Below are positions 1-8,815 of a stretch of 33,665 bases of DNA, piece by piece. Position 1 is the stretch's first letter. Every line of letters begins with the position of its first letter. The stretch covers positions 1-33,665 of the forward strand of contig JBBIOC010000001.1 in assembly GCA_037443585.1 (NCBI GenBank). The letters are read 5' to 3'. The position numbers and the translations under genes were made by a program. This DNA is from Candidatus Omnitrophota bacterium (GTDB lineage Bacteria; Omnitrophota; Gorgyraeia; Gorgyraeales; JBBIOC01). The notes under the pieces are model-generated. The model was not told the DNA's origin and searched no databases. It worked only from the letters and a program-made list of their open reading frames with translations.

Positions 1-1016
1 TGCATAAAGGCAGTCAACTTAAAAAATTCTATAGGTGTCTGAATCAGATATTTTAAGGGATGTGCCTTAATCTTTATCAAGGCCTCTTTTTTTAAGATTT
101 GACCTATCTCCCTTTCACTCTTCCCTTCTTCTAAAAGTTCTTTATGTCTATCGTAAACCCTGTAGTCTTCCATTAATAAAAAATCCCTCGAAGTTATTGA
201 GGTATCTGGAAAAAACTTATAGCCAAGATATTCTGAGATACTATAGATTATTGACTCTTTAATTTTCTGAAAGGAGTAATCTACCTTATTGGCCCGTATC
301 AATAAGTTCATCTCGCCTCTATTCGCTAAATTAAATGTTCTAAAAGTGTGATAATTTCTCAAAAACCAAGGCATTATGATTAAAAGTGATGTCAAAAAAA
401 ATAAGATTATCTTTTTAAGGTCTTTTCTATTCAAATATAAATAAAGCCCAAGTGGTATAGTAAAAAATAACATAATGGCTTTACACAAAACCAGTAATCC
501 TGATAATATCCCTAAAAACAAAAACCATATTGTTGAATTAGAGTTTTTTGCATTTATTAGAGAAAAGATAGTGCAAACCAGAATGAAAATAAAAAATATT
601 TCTGAATATAGAAGGATTGTATAGTTGGCTAAGGTAGGACAGAACGATGTTAGAAAGGCTGAGTATTTGGCCACCTGAATGTTAAAGGCCTCTCTTGCTA
701 TAAGAAATATCAAAATACAGGCAATAGAAAAAAGGAAGATCTGGATAAAATATACAGCTTTTATATTATGACCAAGGAATCTATAAACAAGGAATAAAAA
801 GAAGACATATCCGGGCTCCCTTAAATTTGAAGGCCTATAAGGAGGATTCGCATCTAAAGAATAACCATTGCCTGAAACCAAATTCCAAGCTAAGGTATCA
901 TATTGAGAATCGTCCTTTCCACTGAGCTCAGGTTTAGTTACAGAAAAAAAGATAATTCCCATACTAAAGGCAACAAAAAAAATCCAGATTTTTATGTCTA
1001 ATCTTTTTTTATCCAT
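1..1016 (-). CDS. GT-C fold polytopic membrane glycosyltransferase (ArnT/PMT-like), C-terminus cut by window edge; absent from supplied ORF track
   Basis: My own minus-strand translation from ATG 1016..1014 stays open to base 1 (338 codons + 2 nt): MDKKRLDIKIWIFFVAFSMGIIFFSVTKPELSGKDDSQYDTLAWNLVSGNGYSLDANPPYRPSNLREPGYVFFLFLVYRF... It has repeated hydrophobic helices. The acidic DD followed by Y..LA.NL..G.GY in the first loop is typical of ArnT/PMT_2 GT-C enzymes. The gene starts 7 nt downstream of a polyprenyl-phosphate-type GT2. Confidence 0.6.
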   Translation of the reverse strand, partial: MDKKRLDIKIWIFFVAFSMGIIFFSVTKPELSGKDDSQYDTLAWNLVSGNGYSLDANPPYRPSNLREPGYVFFLFLVYRFLGHNIKAVYFIQIFLFSIACILIFLIAREAFNIQVAKYSAFLTSFCPTLANYTILLYSEIFFIFILVCTIFSLINAKNSNSTIWFLFLGILSGLLVLCKAIMLFFTIPLGLYLYLNRKDLKKIILFFLTSLLIIMPWFLRNYHTFRTFNLANRGEMNLLIRANKVDYSFQKIKESIIYSISEYLGYKFFPDTSITSRDFLLMEDYRVYDRHKELLEEGKSEREIGQILKKEALIKIKAHPLKYLIQTPIEFFKLTAFM

Positions 1017-1023
1017 CTAAACT

Positions 1024-1737
1024 TTATTTCTTAAGTCTAAATATTAGAAAGACCAAGGGCCTCATTATACTCCACCAATCTATTATTGGTCTTATATGAG
1101 TATATTTTACATTCTTTTCTTTTGGATAAATCTTTGATACAGGGACCTCTTTAAATCTGTAACCTAATTTTAATACCTTAAAATGAAGATACGTTTCAAA
1201 TTCATACCTATCAAGCCAATCCTGCCAGATATTTATTCTTGGGTCATTAAATACAGACAATCTGTAAGCCCTAAAACCATTAAGCGCATCAGTGCATTTC
1301 TTTCCTGTCAAAAGTGTCAATAGTAAGGCATGGACTTTTACCATTGCGTATCTAAAAAGAGGCAGATTGTCCCATCTGCCACCTTTTAAAAATCTTGAGC
1401 CTTGTATATAATCAAATCCTTCTTCTATTATAGGTTTAAATAACCGCTCTATTTCATTCGGGTCGTCCTTATTATTTCCTGCCAAAATTGCTATTGCATA
1501 ATAATGATTTTCTAAGGCATATTTTATACCTGTCTTTATAGCAGCTCCAACACCTCTATTCTGAATATGTGTAATTACTTTAAATCCAGAAGAAATTATA
1601 TACTCTTGGGTTCTATCTGTGGAACCATCATTAACTACTAAAATATCATAGTCTATTTTTAGTGGAAATTTATTTAAAGTAAATTTAGTCTGTTCAGCCG
1701 TGTTATAGCAAGTTAAAACTGCAAGAGTCTTGTTCAA
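1024..1737 (-). CDS. GT2 glycosyltransferase, polyprenyl-phosphate sugar synthase type (DPM1/ArnC/GtrB-like)
   Basis: 237 aa with GT-A/GT2 motifs LAVLTCYN, VVNDGSTDRT, NRGVGAAIKTG, NNKDDP and QGSRF. It is a short form with a single C-terminal hydrophobic helix (WWSIMRPLVFLIFRL). TTG start at 1737, 2 nt after the upstream stop. Confidence 0.75.
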   Translation of the reverse strand: MNKTLAVLTCYNTAEQTKFTLNKFPLKIDYDILVVNDGSTDRTQEYIISSGFKVITHIQNRGVGAAIKTGIKYALENHYYAIAILAGNNKDDPNEIERLFKPIIEEGFDYIQGSRFLKGGRWDNLPLFRYAMVKVHALLLTLLTGKKCTDALNGFRAYRLSVFNDPRINIWQDWLDRYEFETYLHFKVLKLGYRFKEVPVSKIYPKEKNVKYTHIRPIIDWWSIMRPLVFLIFRLKK

Positions 1738-1739
1738 AT

Positions 1740-2516
1740 TTATATTTTTCCCAGAACATACATGAATTGATGACTTGCCCCACCATCAAAATCGATATAT
1801 TCTCTACCAATAAGACTGGCAATTTTATTGATCTTTGCTCCATATTGTGGTATCTCAGGCGCAACTAAAAGTGGATGAACAATTTTGGAAATCAGGCAGT
1901 AAATGCCAAAACGCTTAATATCTTTGATAGCAAACTTACCTACAAGAAATTGCTGCAACATATTTTCATCTATATAAAGATTGTGCCAATGTTTCTTCAT
2001 TTCTTCTATTCCAAATTTTTCCCTCATTTCGTCTAACTTTGCCATGCCTTGGACAGATACCTCAAGAAGAATCAATCGACCACCTTTTTTTAATACCCTC
2101 CATATATTTTTTAAAGCTTTCATTTGGTCTTCCCATGTTGAAAGATTAATCAACGTCCGTTCAGATAACACCACATCAAATTGATCGTTATTAAAAGGAA
2201 GGGCAAGAACATCTGCTTGTAGAAATCTAAGTTTATTGCGATTAGCATCATTTAGATACAATCTATTTGCCCAATCGATAAATTCTTGAATATAATCAAC
2301 GCCTATGATTTGACTTACATTCTCTAAGTAACAAAATGTAGAAAAACCATTGCCGCAACCTATGTCCAGAACTACATCTGTTGGTTTAAGGTATCTAGAA
2401 ATTATAGCTATCTCCATTTCTCTAAATTCATGATCTTTTATTGTAGAACGAGGGTCGTTACCTTCATTAATAGCCCTTATCTTCCAATATTCTTTAATCT
2501 CTTCTCTCCTAGGCAT
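1740..2516 (-). CDS. class I SAM-dependent methyltransferase
   Basis: 258 aa with motif I VLDIGCGNGFST, then GVDY, LQADVLALPF and KKGGRLILLE. An AGGAG Shine-Dalgarno sits about 6 nt upstream of ATG 2516. Confidence 0.8.
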   Translation of the reverse strand: MPRREEIKEYWKIRAINEGNDPRSTIKDHEFREMEIAIISRYLKPTDVVLDIGCGNGFSTFCYLENVSQIIGVDYIQEFIDWANRLYLNDANRNKLRFLQADVLALPFNNDQFDVVLSERTLINLSTWEDQMKALKNIWRVLKKGGRLILLEVSVQGMAKLDEMREKFGIEEMKKHWHNLYIDENMLQQFLVGKFAIKDIKRFGIYCLISKIVHPLLVAPEIPQYGAKINKIASLIGREYIDFDGGASHQFMYVLGKI

Positions 2517-2540
2517 ATATTTCTCCTTTTAATTAAAATT

Positions 2541-2954
2541 TCATTTTTTCATAAGCATATAAAAATGTCGGTCTGTATAATTAGGATCATATTGCCTATT
2601 GGCATAATCGAGTAAAATAACTGCGTTGCTCAAAGATTTAAAAGCATGAGCTATTTCAATGCCTATCTTTAATCTCACAAATTCGGTCTCATCGTAATGT
2701 AATTCAAAGGTCTTTCTTTCCTTAGTATTAACATCTTCAAGAACTACTAATACAGAGCCAGATAATACCCCAAACCATTCCTCTGTTTCTTTATGATAAT
2801 GATTTCCTCTGATGACGTTTTTCTTGTTAAAAGTTACAAAATAAATCTGACCAAAATTTTTATTAGGCGCACTGAGTTCACTATTTTTCAAAAACTCTAC
2901 CAAATATCCGCGTGGGTCATTATGTTTTGTCAAATGCATAATTTCAAAATCCAT
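2541..2954 (-). CDS. sugar-nucleotide cupin (WxcM/FdtA-like ketoisomerase or RmlC-like epimerase family)
   Basis: 137 aa. DPRGYLVEF and IRGNHYHKETEEWFGVLSGSVLVVLED match by eye the D.RG.L / RG.H.HK...G...V.L.D pattern of FdtA/WxcM and short RmlC-type cupins. It is a visible paralogue of the cupin at 28798..29247 (GQIYFVT vs GQVYITT). Confidence 0.6.
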   Translation of the reverse strand: MDFEIMHLTKHNDPRGYLVEFLKNSELSAPNKNFGQIYFVTFNKKNVIRGNHYHKETEEWFGVLSGSVLVVLEDVNTKERKTFELHYDETEFVRLKIGIEIAHAFKSLSNAVILLDYANRQYDPNYTDRHFYMLMKK

Positions 2955-2966
2955 TAGTTGTCTCTC

Positions 2967-4253
2967 TTAAATATAATTAATAGAGATGATTGCAGACTTT
3001 CCCTTTATCCCAAATTTATTAATAGAAGTTACCTTTAGTATATTTAATCCTTTCTGCAATTTCCATTCGAAAACTGGTTCTGTAATATAAACCATATCTT
3101 TTCCTCCATTTAAACTAATTAAAAATTTGTCAAAGTTAGGTGTAACAGTATCTAAATAAACTCTAAGAATAATTCCATCCTGCAAGACATCATAATCCAC
3201 CAGTGTTATGTAAACTTGGTTTAAGGTCCAGTATAAATCTTCTGTTCTATCTGTCTCATTGGCAATACGAATCTCATTCTTTGTATATCTATCTGACCAT
3301 TCCAAGCCATTCATTATAGAATTAGATTTAGGATGCCACCGAGGATAAAGATTTGTAAACCAGTCATTTCTCATCCTGATAAAAAAATTTTCATAATAAT
3401 CTATCAACTTAAATGGATATTTCTCTATTTCTTTACCCTTATTACCTAAGACAACATTTACTCCCCTCCAATCACCCTGCACCCAAATGTTATGTAATTC
3501 CAAAGCATTAATGGGTATGCCATCCATCTCATAATAAAGATTAAATGTTGGGTCAATGACAACCCATTTATTATAGTCCTCAGACCAGACTTCAGCTACA
3601 GCATGCCCCTTAAAAAGCCCTACATATCTTGCAGTTATGCCAAAAGAAGCAAGGAGCTGTATATAGGTAGTGGTGTATTCGCTACAAAAAAACCTCTCCC
3701 CTTTTTCTGCCCTCTCCAATATATCCAAGGCATTAAAATTATAAGATATATTGTGTGGAATACCAAATCTCCAACGAGAATTTACCCACTTTCTAATTAT
3801 CAATATCTTATCAAACTCATTTTTTGCTGGCCCTATAATCTCAACCGGGTTATATTTTTTTCTCAAAGTCTCTAATTTTTTTTCATTAAATGGTTGATAA
3901 TCAAAGCTAAAATTACTTCTGACAATAGGCTTATTATCATATTTTATAATCTTTAGATGCTCCTTTAAATAATCATTCTCATTAAGCGTGGCATAAAAAT
4001 CTTTAGAACCTATTTTTAAACTAAGCAGCCTTTCAGTAACAACAGGCCCTAAATCAGCTTCTTCCCTTTTTTCTTTATAGGGGTCATAAATCTTTGTAAC
4101 AAAACCTCCAGCCTCAGCTGCAATGCGTTTGGTAAGATTGATTGCAAAATTATCTACACTTATTGGTTCAAAGATTCTATAAAATAAAGTAGCGGCTGTA
4201 ACGATACTAAATATACTAATTAAGGGTAAAACTTTTTTAAATTTTTTTTCCAT
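2967..4253 (-). CDS. membrane-anchored transglutaminase-like (Cys-His-Asp) domain protein
   Basis: 428 aa with an N-terminal anchor VLPLISIFSIVTAATLFY preceded by KKFKK. The transglutaminase core has C190 (FFCSEY), H217 (KGHAVAEVW) and D234 (VVIDPT), at approx 3552..3686. The start overlaps the upstream GT4 by 17 nt. Confidence 0.7.
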   Translation of the reverse strand: MEKKFKKVLPLISIFSIVTAATLFYRIFEPISVDNFAINLTKRIAAEAGGFVTKIYDPYKEKREEADLGPVVTERLLSLKIGSKDFYATLNENDYLKEHLKIIKYDNKPIVRSNFSFDYQPFNEKKLETLRKKYNPVEIIGPAKNEFDKILIIRKWVNSRWRFGIPHNISYNFNALDILERAEKGERFFCSEYTTTYIQLLASFGITARYVGLFKGHAVAEVWSEDYNKWVVIDPTFNLYYEMDGIPINALELHNIWVQGDWRGVNVVLGNKGKEIEKYPFKLIDYYENFFIRMRNDWFTNLYPRWHPKSNSIMNGLEWSDRYTKNEIRIANETDRTEDLYWTLNQVYITLVDYDVLQDGIILRVYLDTVTPNFDKFLISLNGGKDMVYITEPVFEWKLQKGLNILKVTSINKFGIKGKSAIISINYI

Positions 4254-5376
4254 TTTTTTCTTCTAAAAGTTTATTATAAAGACACTCCATACGTTGCACA
4301 TATCTTTCAGGGGTAAAATATTCTAAGAATCTTTTCTTTGCATTAAAGGCCAAATATTTAGCATATTCTTTTTCATTCAATATTTTTATAATAGAACTAC
4401 TCAATGCCTCTATATTTTTAGGTGGAACTAATATACCTGTCTTCTCATTTTCAATTAATTCTGGTATGCCACCTACTGAAGTAGCAACTACTGGCTTTTC
4501 ACACATCATAGCCTCTAAAATCACAACTGGCTGCCCTTCATATAACGAAGGAAGGACTAATACATCAATAGTATTAAAAACAGATAAGATATCCTCATAT
4601 CTACCTAAAAATATAACATTCTCTTCTAACTGCATTTGATGGACATACTCTTTTAATTCTTGCTCAAGCGGTCCTTCCCCAGCCACCAAAACCTTTACAT
4701 TAGAAAAAACTTTTTTTATTTCAAATAAACTTTCAAATAAATACTTGTGGCCCTTTTGAGTATGAAGTCTTCCGACTATGCCTATGACAGGACCATTTTG
4801 GGATATATTTAATTCTTTTCGTAAATCTCTTGCTAAAGATATATCCTCAAATCTTTTTTGATCTGCTGTATTCGGAAGGACAAACACTTTATCAGGCGAT
4901 ATCTCTTCATTGCTAATCATATAATTCTTTACCTCTTCTGAGACCGCAATGACCTTATCCAGTAGAGAGAATACAATCTTATCAATAATCTTATGGTGCA
5001 TTCTTTTCCAAACCTCAATGCAGTGCTCTTCTGAAAGGATAACTGGAACCTTTAAGACTCTGGCTGGAAAGGTCGAAAAGATTGTAGCAATAAACATGCA
5101 CGATTGCACAATCTGGAAGCCCTTTTCTTTTATCAAATTAAATAAAGCGGAGAAGACTCGCAGGTCATAGAAATTTCCAGAAAAACCTAATTCTACAACA
5201 GGAATACCTAAACGCTCTATACGCTCGCCGATCAGACCCTTCTCTTTTATACAACAGACAAATGGCTCAAATCTCTCTTTATTGAGTCCTTGTAAAAGTA
5301 TGAATCTTAATTCCTCAGCTCCTCCTATAGGAAGTGCTGTATGAACATATAAAATCTTTATTTTATTCATAGTCAA
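4237..5376 (-). CDS. GT4 (GT-B fold) glycosyltransferase
   Basis: 379 aa with GRLHTQKG and the E-x7-E region EGQPVVILEAMMCEKPVVATSVGGIPELIENEKTGILV. Confidence 0.85.
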   Translation of the reverse strand: MTMNKIKILYVHTALPIGGAEELRFILLQGLNKERFEPFVCCIKEKGLIGERIERLGIPVVELGFSGNFYDLRVFSALFNLIKEKGFQIVQSCMFIATIFSTFPARVLKVPVILSEEHCIEVWKRMHHKIIDKIVFSLLDKVIAVSEEVKNYMISNEEISPDKVFVLPNTADQKRFEDISLARDLRKELNISQNGPVIGIVGRLHTQKGHKYLFESLFEIKKVFSNVKVLVAGEGPLEQELKEYVHQMQLEENVIFLGRYEDILSVFNTIDVLVLPSLYEGQPVVILEAMMCEKPVVATSVGGIPELIENEKTGILVPPKNIEALSSSIIKILNEKEYAKYLAFNAKKRFLEYFTPERYVQRMECLYNKLLEEKNGKKI

Positions 5377-6240
5377 TTAGGCCCTTCTGGCTATAAATCC
5401 GATTAAATAGCTTAAGGTCTTAACAAATCTATTATGACCATGCCTTATATGAAAATTCTTAGACAATGAATATATTTCTGCTGCTACTTTCGTAGAAAAT
5501 GGCTCAATCAGAAGCCATGGCATAGAGCAGACAGAAAATGATTTTATAATCTTAAACCCATTTGCTTCTATAAGACGGCGCCAATGCAAAGGTCTCTGCT
5601 GAATAAACTCTTCAAAAATATTTTTATAGTTGCCGTGCATTTCAGGCAGAGGAAAAGAAGGATGATTTGCCCAGAACCGCTTCCATAGAGAGATACTATT
5701 TTCACCGCTCTCACCCTTAAAAGTAGGAATGTGGTTTTCGTTTTTGACAAACAATTGCAATATCCTTGCTATAGGATAAAGAAAGGTATGTACACAGGCA
5801 TAGAGGCATGGCATGTGAGTAGGCAGGATTATAATTAGATGGCCTTCAGGCTTTAATACCCTTCTCATCTCTCTCAAAGCAAGTCCTCTTTCTTTAATAT
5901 GTTCCAGGCTGGAAGACGAAAAGATAAAATCAAAGCTATTTTCTTTAAAAGAAATCTGACAAGCAGAGCATCTGATGAGTTTTATATTTTTGCTTTGAGA
6001 ACTCATTATATTATGTCTTGCCATATCAAAAGATACTGAATCAACATGATTACCCTTTAAAAATAAATCAAAAGCAACTACTCTGCCTGAAAGCTCAGCC
6101 AGAAGCGTAGACTCGAAACCATCCCCACATCCTACCTCAAGTCCGATATATGCCTTGTTAAATAAGAAATTCTTCTGGAGTATTTCAACTTCTATTTTTT
6201 TTGCAAGTGAATGGCCAGGCCAAATTTCTAATTCTTTCAT
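5377..6240 (-). CDS. class I SAM-dependent methyltransferase with C-terminal extension
   Basis: 287 aa with motif I GLEVGCGDGFEST, then VVAFDL, FDFIFSSSSLEHI and LKPEGHLIIILP. It abuts the downstream GT4 with no gap. Confidence 0.75.
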   Translation of the reverse strand: MKELEIWPGHSLAKKIEVEILQKNFLFNKAYIGLEVGCGDGFESTLLAELSGRVVAFDLFLKGNHVDSVSFDMARHNIMSSQSKNIKLIRCSACQISFKENSFDFIFSSSSLEHIKERGLALREMRRVLKPEGHLIIILPTHMPCLYACVHTFLYPIARILQLFVKNENHIPTFKGESGENSISLWKRFWANHPSFPLPEMHGNYKNIFEEFIQQRPLHWRRLIEANGFKIIKSFSVCSMPWLLIEPFSTKVAAEIYSLSKNFHIRHGHNRFVKTLSYLIGFIARRA

Positions 6241-6247
6241 ATTAAAT

Positions 6248-7051
6248 TTATTTTTTTAAAATAATGGCATAGCCTAAAAAAATGGTATAAGGAGACCAAA
6301 GCCTGTTCCATTTAAAAAATATTTTATCTAAACAAAGAGAAAAAATATTTATTACAGGAACAATAGTGAACATAGTTAAATAACAGAGATATTTGTTTAT
6401 ACTCTTAGTTGACTCGGTTATTAGAAACGCAAGCTGGAGCCCAAAACATTGAAAAAAACCGCCAATACTTTCAAGCCCTATCTGTCTATAAGCAAAATTA
6501 TCACCTATTAATTTAATTATCCCTGCCTGTGTCCACCTCCAATAGTCAGGATAGGTCGGACCTTCTACCTCCATCCCAGGAATATATCTTTCAACTCCTG
6601 GATGGTAACAAAAGCATCCGGGAATGGTAAGAAAAGCTTGCCCTCTTTTTTTTAATAGTCTGTAGATTTCTCCTAAAACTTTTAAAGGGTCATTGACATG
6701 TTCAATCGTCTGAATTGATATAACAATATCGCAACTTTCATCAGGAAGATTAACGGTCTCAGCTGGACAGACTATATCTACTCCTTTACGATTATTAACA
6801 TCGCATCCGATATATTTTGCCGTGTAAGGAGAGAAGAATTCCATGTATGGCTTATCCCCGCAGCCCAAATCAAGAACTATCAAATCTTTTGCACCCTTTA
6901 AATACTCCTTAATGAATCTCTTTAGCAATTTAAGCTGCGCAGAGTGTAATAGATATAATGCATCATAGATCCTTGGTCTCCTCTGGAAATTGCCTCGCTT
7001 TAATCCAAGAATTAAGCTTAGATGCTCTTTTGCCTTAGTTTTAAGTCTCAT
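6248..7051 (-). CDS. class I SAM-dependent methyltransferase with hydrophobic (membrane) C-terminal tail
   Basis: 267 aa with motif I VLDLGCGDKPY, then IGCDV, CDIVISIQTIEHV and LKKRGQAFLTIP. The last ~70 aa contain two hydrophobic helices (FFQCFGLQLAFLI, YLTMFTIVPVINIFSLCL). It overlaps the upstream radical SAM gene by 11 nt. Confidence 0.75.
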   Translation of the reverse strand: MRLKTKAKEHLSLILGLKRGNFQRRPRIYDALYLLHSAQLKLLKRFIKEYLKGAKDLIVLDLGCGDKPYMEFFSPYTAKYIGCDVNNRKGVDIVCPAETVNLPDESCDIVISIQTIEHVNDPLKVLGEIYRLLKKRGQAFLTIPGCFCYHPGVERYIPGMEVEGPTYPDYWRWTQAGIIKLIGDNFAYRQIGLESIGGFFQCFGLQLAFLITESTKSINKYLCYLTMFTIVPVINIFSLCLDKIFFKWNRLWSPYTIFLGYAIILKK

Positions 7052-8645
7052 TCAAATTAAGTGTTTCTAATACCTCGCTATTTCTTCTAGGTACAAAATG
7101 ACCAATGGAGGTCTGTTTTTCTATGCGAAAACTTCTTTTAAAAAATTGAAAGACTCTGGAAGACAAGATAATACTTAATATAAACTTCTCCAACTTAGGT
7201 GAAAGTATATACAAAGTATAAGAAAAAAATGAAAGGCAAAATGTCGCATATTTCTTTCTATGGCTGAATCTTCTCCCGGCCTGCAGTAACCAAACCTTTA
7301 TAAATATTTTCTTAATAAATAGCCTGTGCAATAAATCATATTTATAGAAATTATTCCTCAATTGGCTATGGTCTAAAAAAAACATATGTCTCTTAAAAAA
7401 TGGCTGATAATTATCTTCATCATATTCAGGGATAAAATTTTTCTTATCAAGCCACCAATTTGTAAAACCATATCTTTCATGATATCTGTTATATAATCCT
7501 GTCCGTGGGTAGGGAATTGGAATCCAAAAAGAGTGACTAACTGGAATATCATCTGGAATGGATTTATTTAATCTATAAGTATTTAGTATATTTTTTCTTG
7601 TTTCCCAAGGGAACCCAATCATATTATTTATTCCAAAGGTCGGAATTCGACTCTTTATAGTATATTCTATGCCTTGTTTAATATGTTCCAAAGTCATCCT
7701 TTTATTTATTTTTTCTAGAGTAACGAGGTCCCCGCTTTCTACGCCAAAGACAATTTCCTTTAATCCTACACTTACCATCCTATTTATAAATTCGGTATCT
7801 ATATTGGTTATCCTTGCCAGTGCTGTCCAGCCAATATTGAGATTATTCTCTACGAGTAAAGCCGCAAGACGATATAATCGCTCTTTTTTCATCATAAATT
7901 CATCATCAATGAAATATATGTATCTTGCATTAAATTTAGTATAAAGTTCTTTGATTTCCTGAAAGACATTCTCTGCGCTTCTAAATCTGTAGCCTCTGCC
8001 AAACACATCGGCATTCATACAGTACAAACAATCAAATGGACAACCTCGGCTGGATGAAATAATCCAGAAATATGGGTCGGAATTAGGGTCCTTAAACCCG
8101 GTATAGTTTTCGATTGGAAATAAATCCCGTTCGGGGAAAGGCAGAGAATCAAGGTCTTTAATCAAAGGTCGCGGCGATGTTATAACAATTTTATTGTAAT
8201 ATTTATCCAGGAAGGCAATTCCCTTTACCTTTTCAAAAGTGTTTGTGCTATTTTCAATCATTTTTACCAATTCTACTATGGTCTCCTCCCCTTCGCCTAC
8301 CACAACAAAATCAAAGCCATTCCTTATAGCCTCTTCCGGCATAGCTGAAGGATGAGGCCCGCCGGCGATAAAAATAACATCTCTGAATAGTTTTTTTAGC
8401 TCCTTAACAAAATCATATACATCCGAAATGAAATTTATAAATAATGAAAATCCTACAACGTTTGGTTTATAGTCTTTTATCAATTCTTTAATATTCTCTT
8501 TAGAATATTTTTTAAATGGCGCAATAGCATCCACGATTTTTACTTCATAGTTTTCCTTCTTTAAGGCTCCATAGATATACGACAATCCAATTGGAAAAAA
8601 TGAATTTTGGACAGGTATAGGAGCGGTCAGTAATAAAATTCTCAT
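7041..8645 (-). CDS. B12-binding-domain radical SAM protein (class B), paralogue 1
   Basis: 534 aa. The N-terminal Rossmann-type B12-binding region has VVGFSL, IAGGPHPS and VVVGEGEETIVEL. The radical SAM cluster motif RGCPFDCLYC follows (C202/C206/C209, approx 8019..8042), then GVESG. The C-terminal tail is hydrophobic (FCLSFFSYTLYIL, FILSIILSS). Confidence 0.85.
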   Translation of the reverse strand: MRILLLTAPIPVQNSFFPIGLSYIYGALKKENYEVKIVDAIAPFKKYSKENIKELIKDYKPNVVGFSLFINFISDVYDFVKELKKLFRDVIFIAGGPHPSAMPEEAIRNGFDFVVVGEGEETIVELVKMIENSTNTFEKVKGIAFLDKYYNKIVITSPRPLIKDLDSLPFPERDLFPIENYTGFKDPNSDPYFWIISSSRGCPFDCLYCMNADVFGRGYRFRSAENVFQEIKELYTKFNARYIYFIDDEFMMKKERLYRLAALLVENNLNIGWTALARITNIDTEFINRMVSVGLKEIVFGVESGDLVTLEKINKRMTLEHIKQGIEYTIKSRIPTFGINNMIGFPWETRKNILNTYRLNKSIPDDIPVSHSFWIPIPYPRTGLYNRYHERYGFTNWWLDKKNFIPEYDEDNYQPFFKRHMFFLDHSQLRNNFYKYDLLHRLFIKKIFIKVWLLQAGRRFSHRKKYATFCLSFFSYTLYILSPKLEKFILSIILSSRVFQFFKRSFRIEKQTSIGHFVPRRNSEVLETLNLNET

Positions 8646-8697
8646 AATTTAGGAATCACAATATTATCTTTGATCTACAAGGAAATTAAATATAAAT

Positions 8698-8798
8698 GAT
8701 TACACAGATTAAAGATAAGATTACAGAGATTAAAGCTTTGTTAAACAATCACTGTAATCTCTAATTGCACATTCTATGAGCAAGAAATCTCTGTAATC
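8698..8798. repeat. cluster of GATTACA(G/C)-AGATT short repeats: two direct plus two inverted copies
   Basis: GATTACACAGATTAAAG is at 8698..8714 and GATTACAGAGATTAAAG at 8719..8735, a 21-nt register. The reverse-complement octamer CTGTAATC is at 8752..8759 and 8791..8798, a 39-nt register. AATCTCTGTAATC at 8786..8798 is a perfect 13-nt inverted copy of 8719..8731. All copies lie in the 170-bp wzx-to-radical-SAM intergenic gap. Confidence 0.8.
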
Positions 8799-8815
8799 AA
8801 GAAAAATCTCTTAAG

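Noticed and set aside
8646-8815. Cobalamin riboswitch upstream of the B12-type radical SAM gene
   Set aside because: No B12-box-like conserved GC-rich core is visible. The gap is AT-rich and dominated by the GATTACAGAGATT repeats. A covariance-model scan (Rfam RF00174) would settle it.
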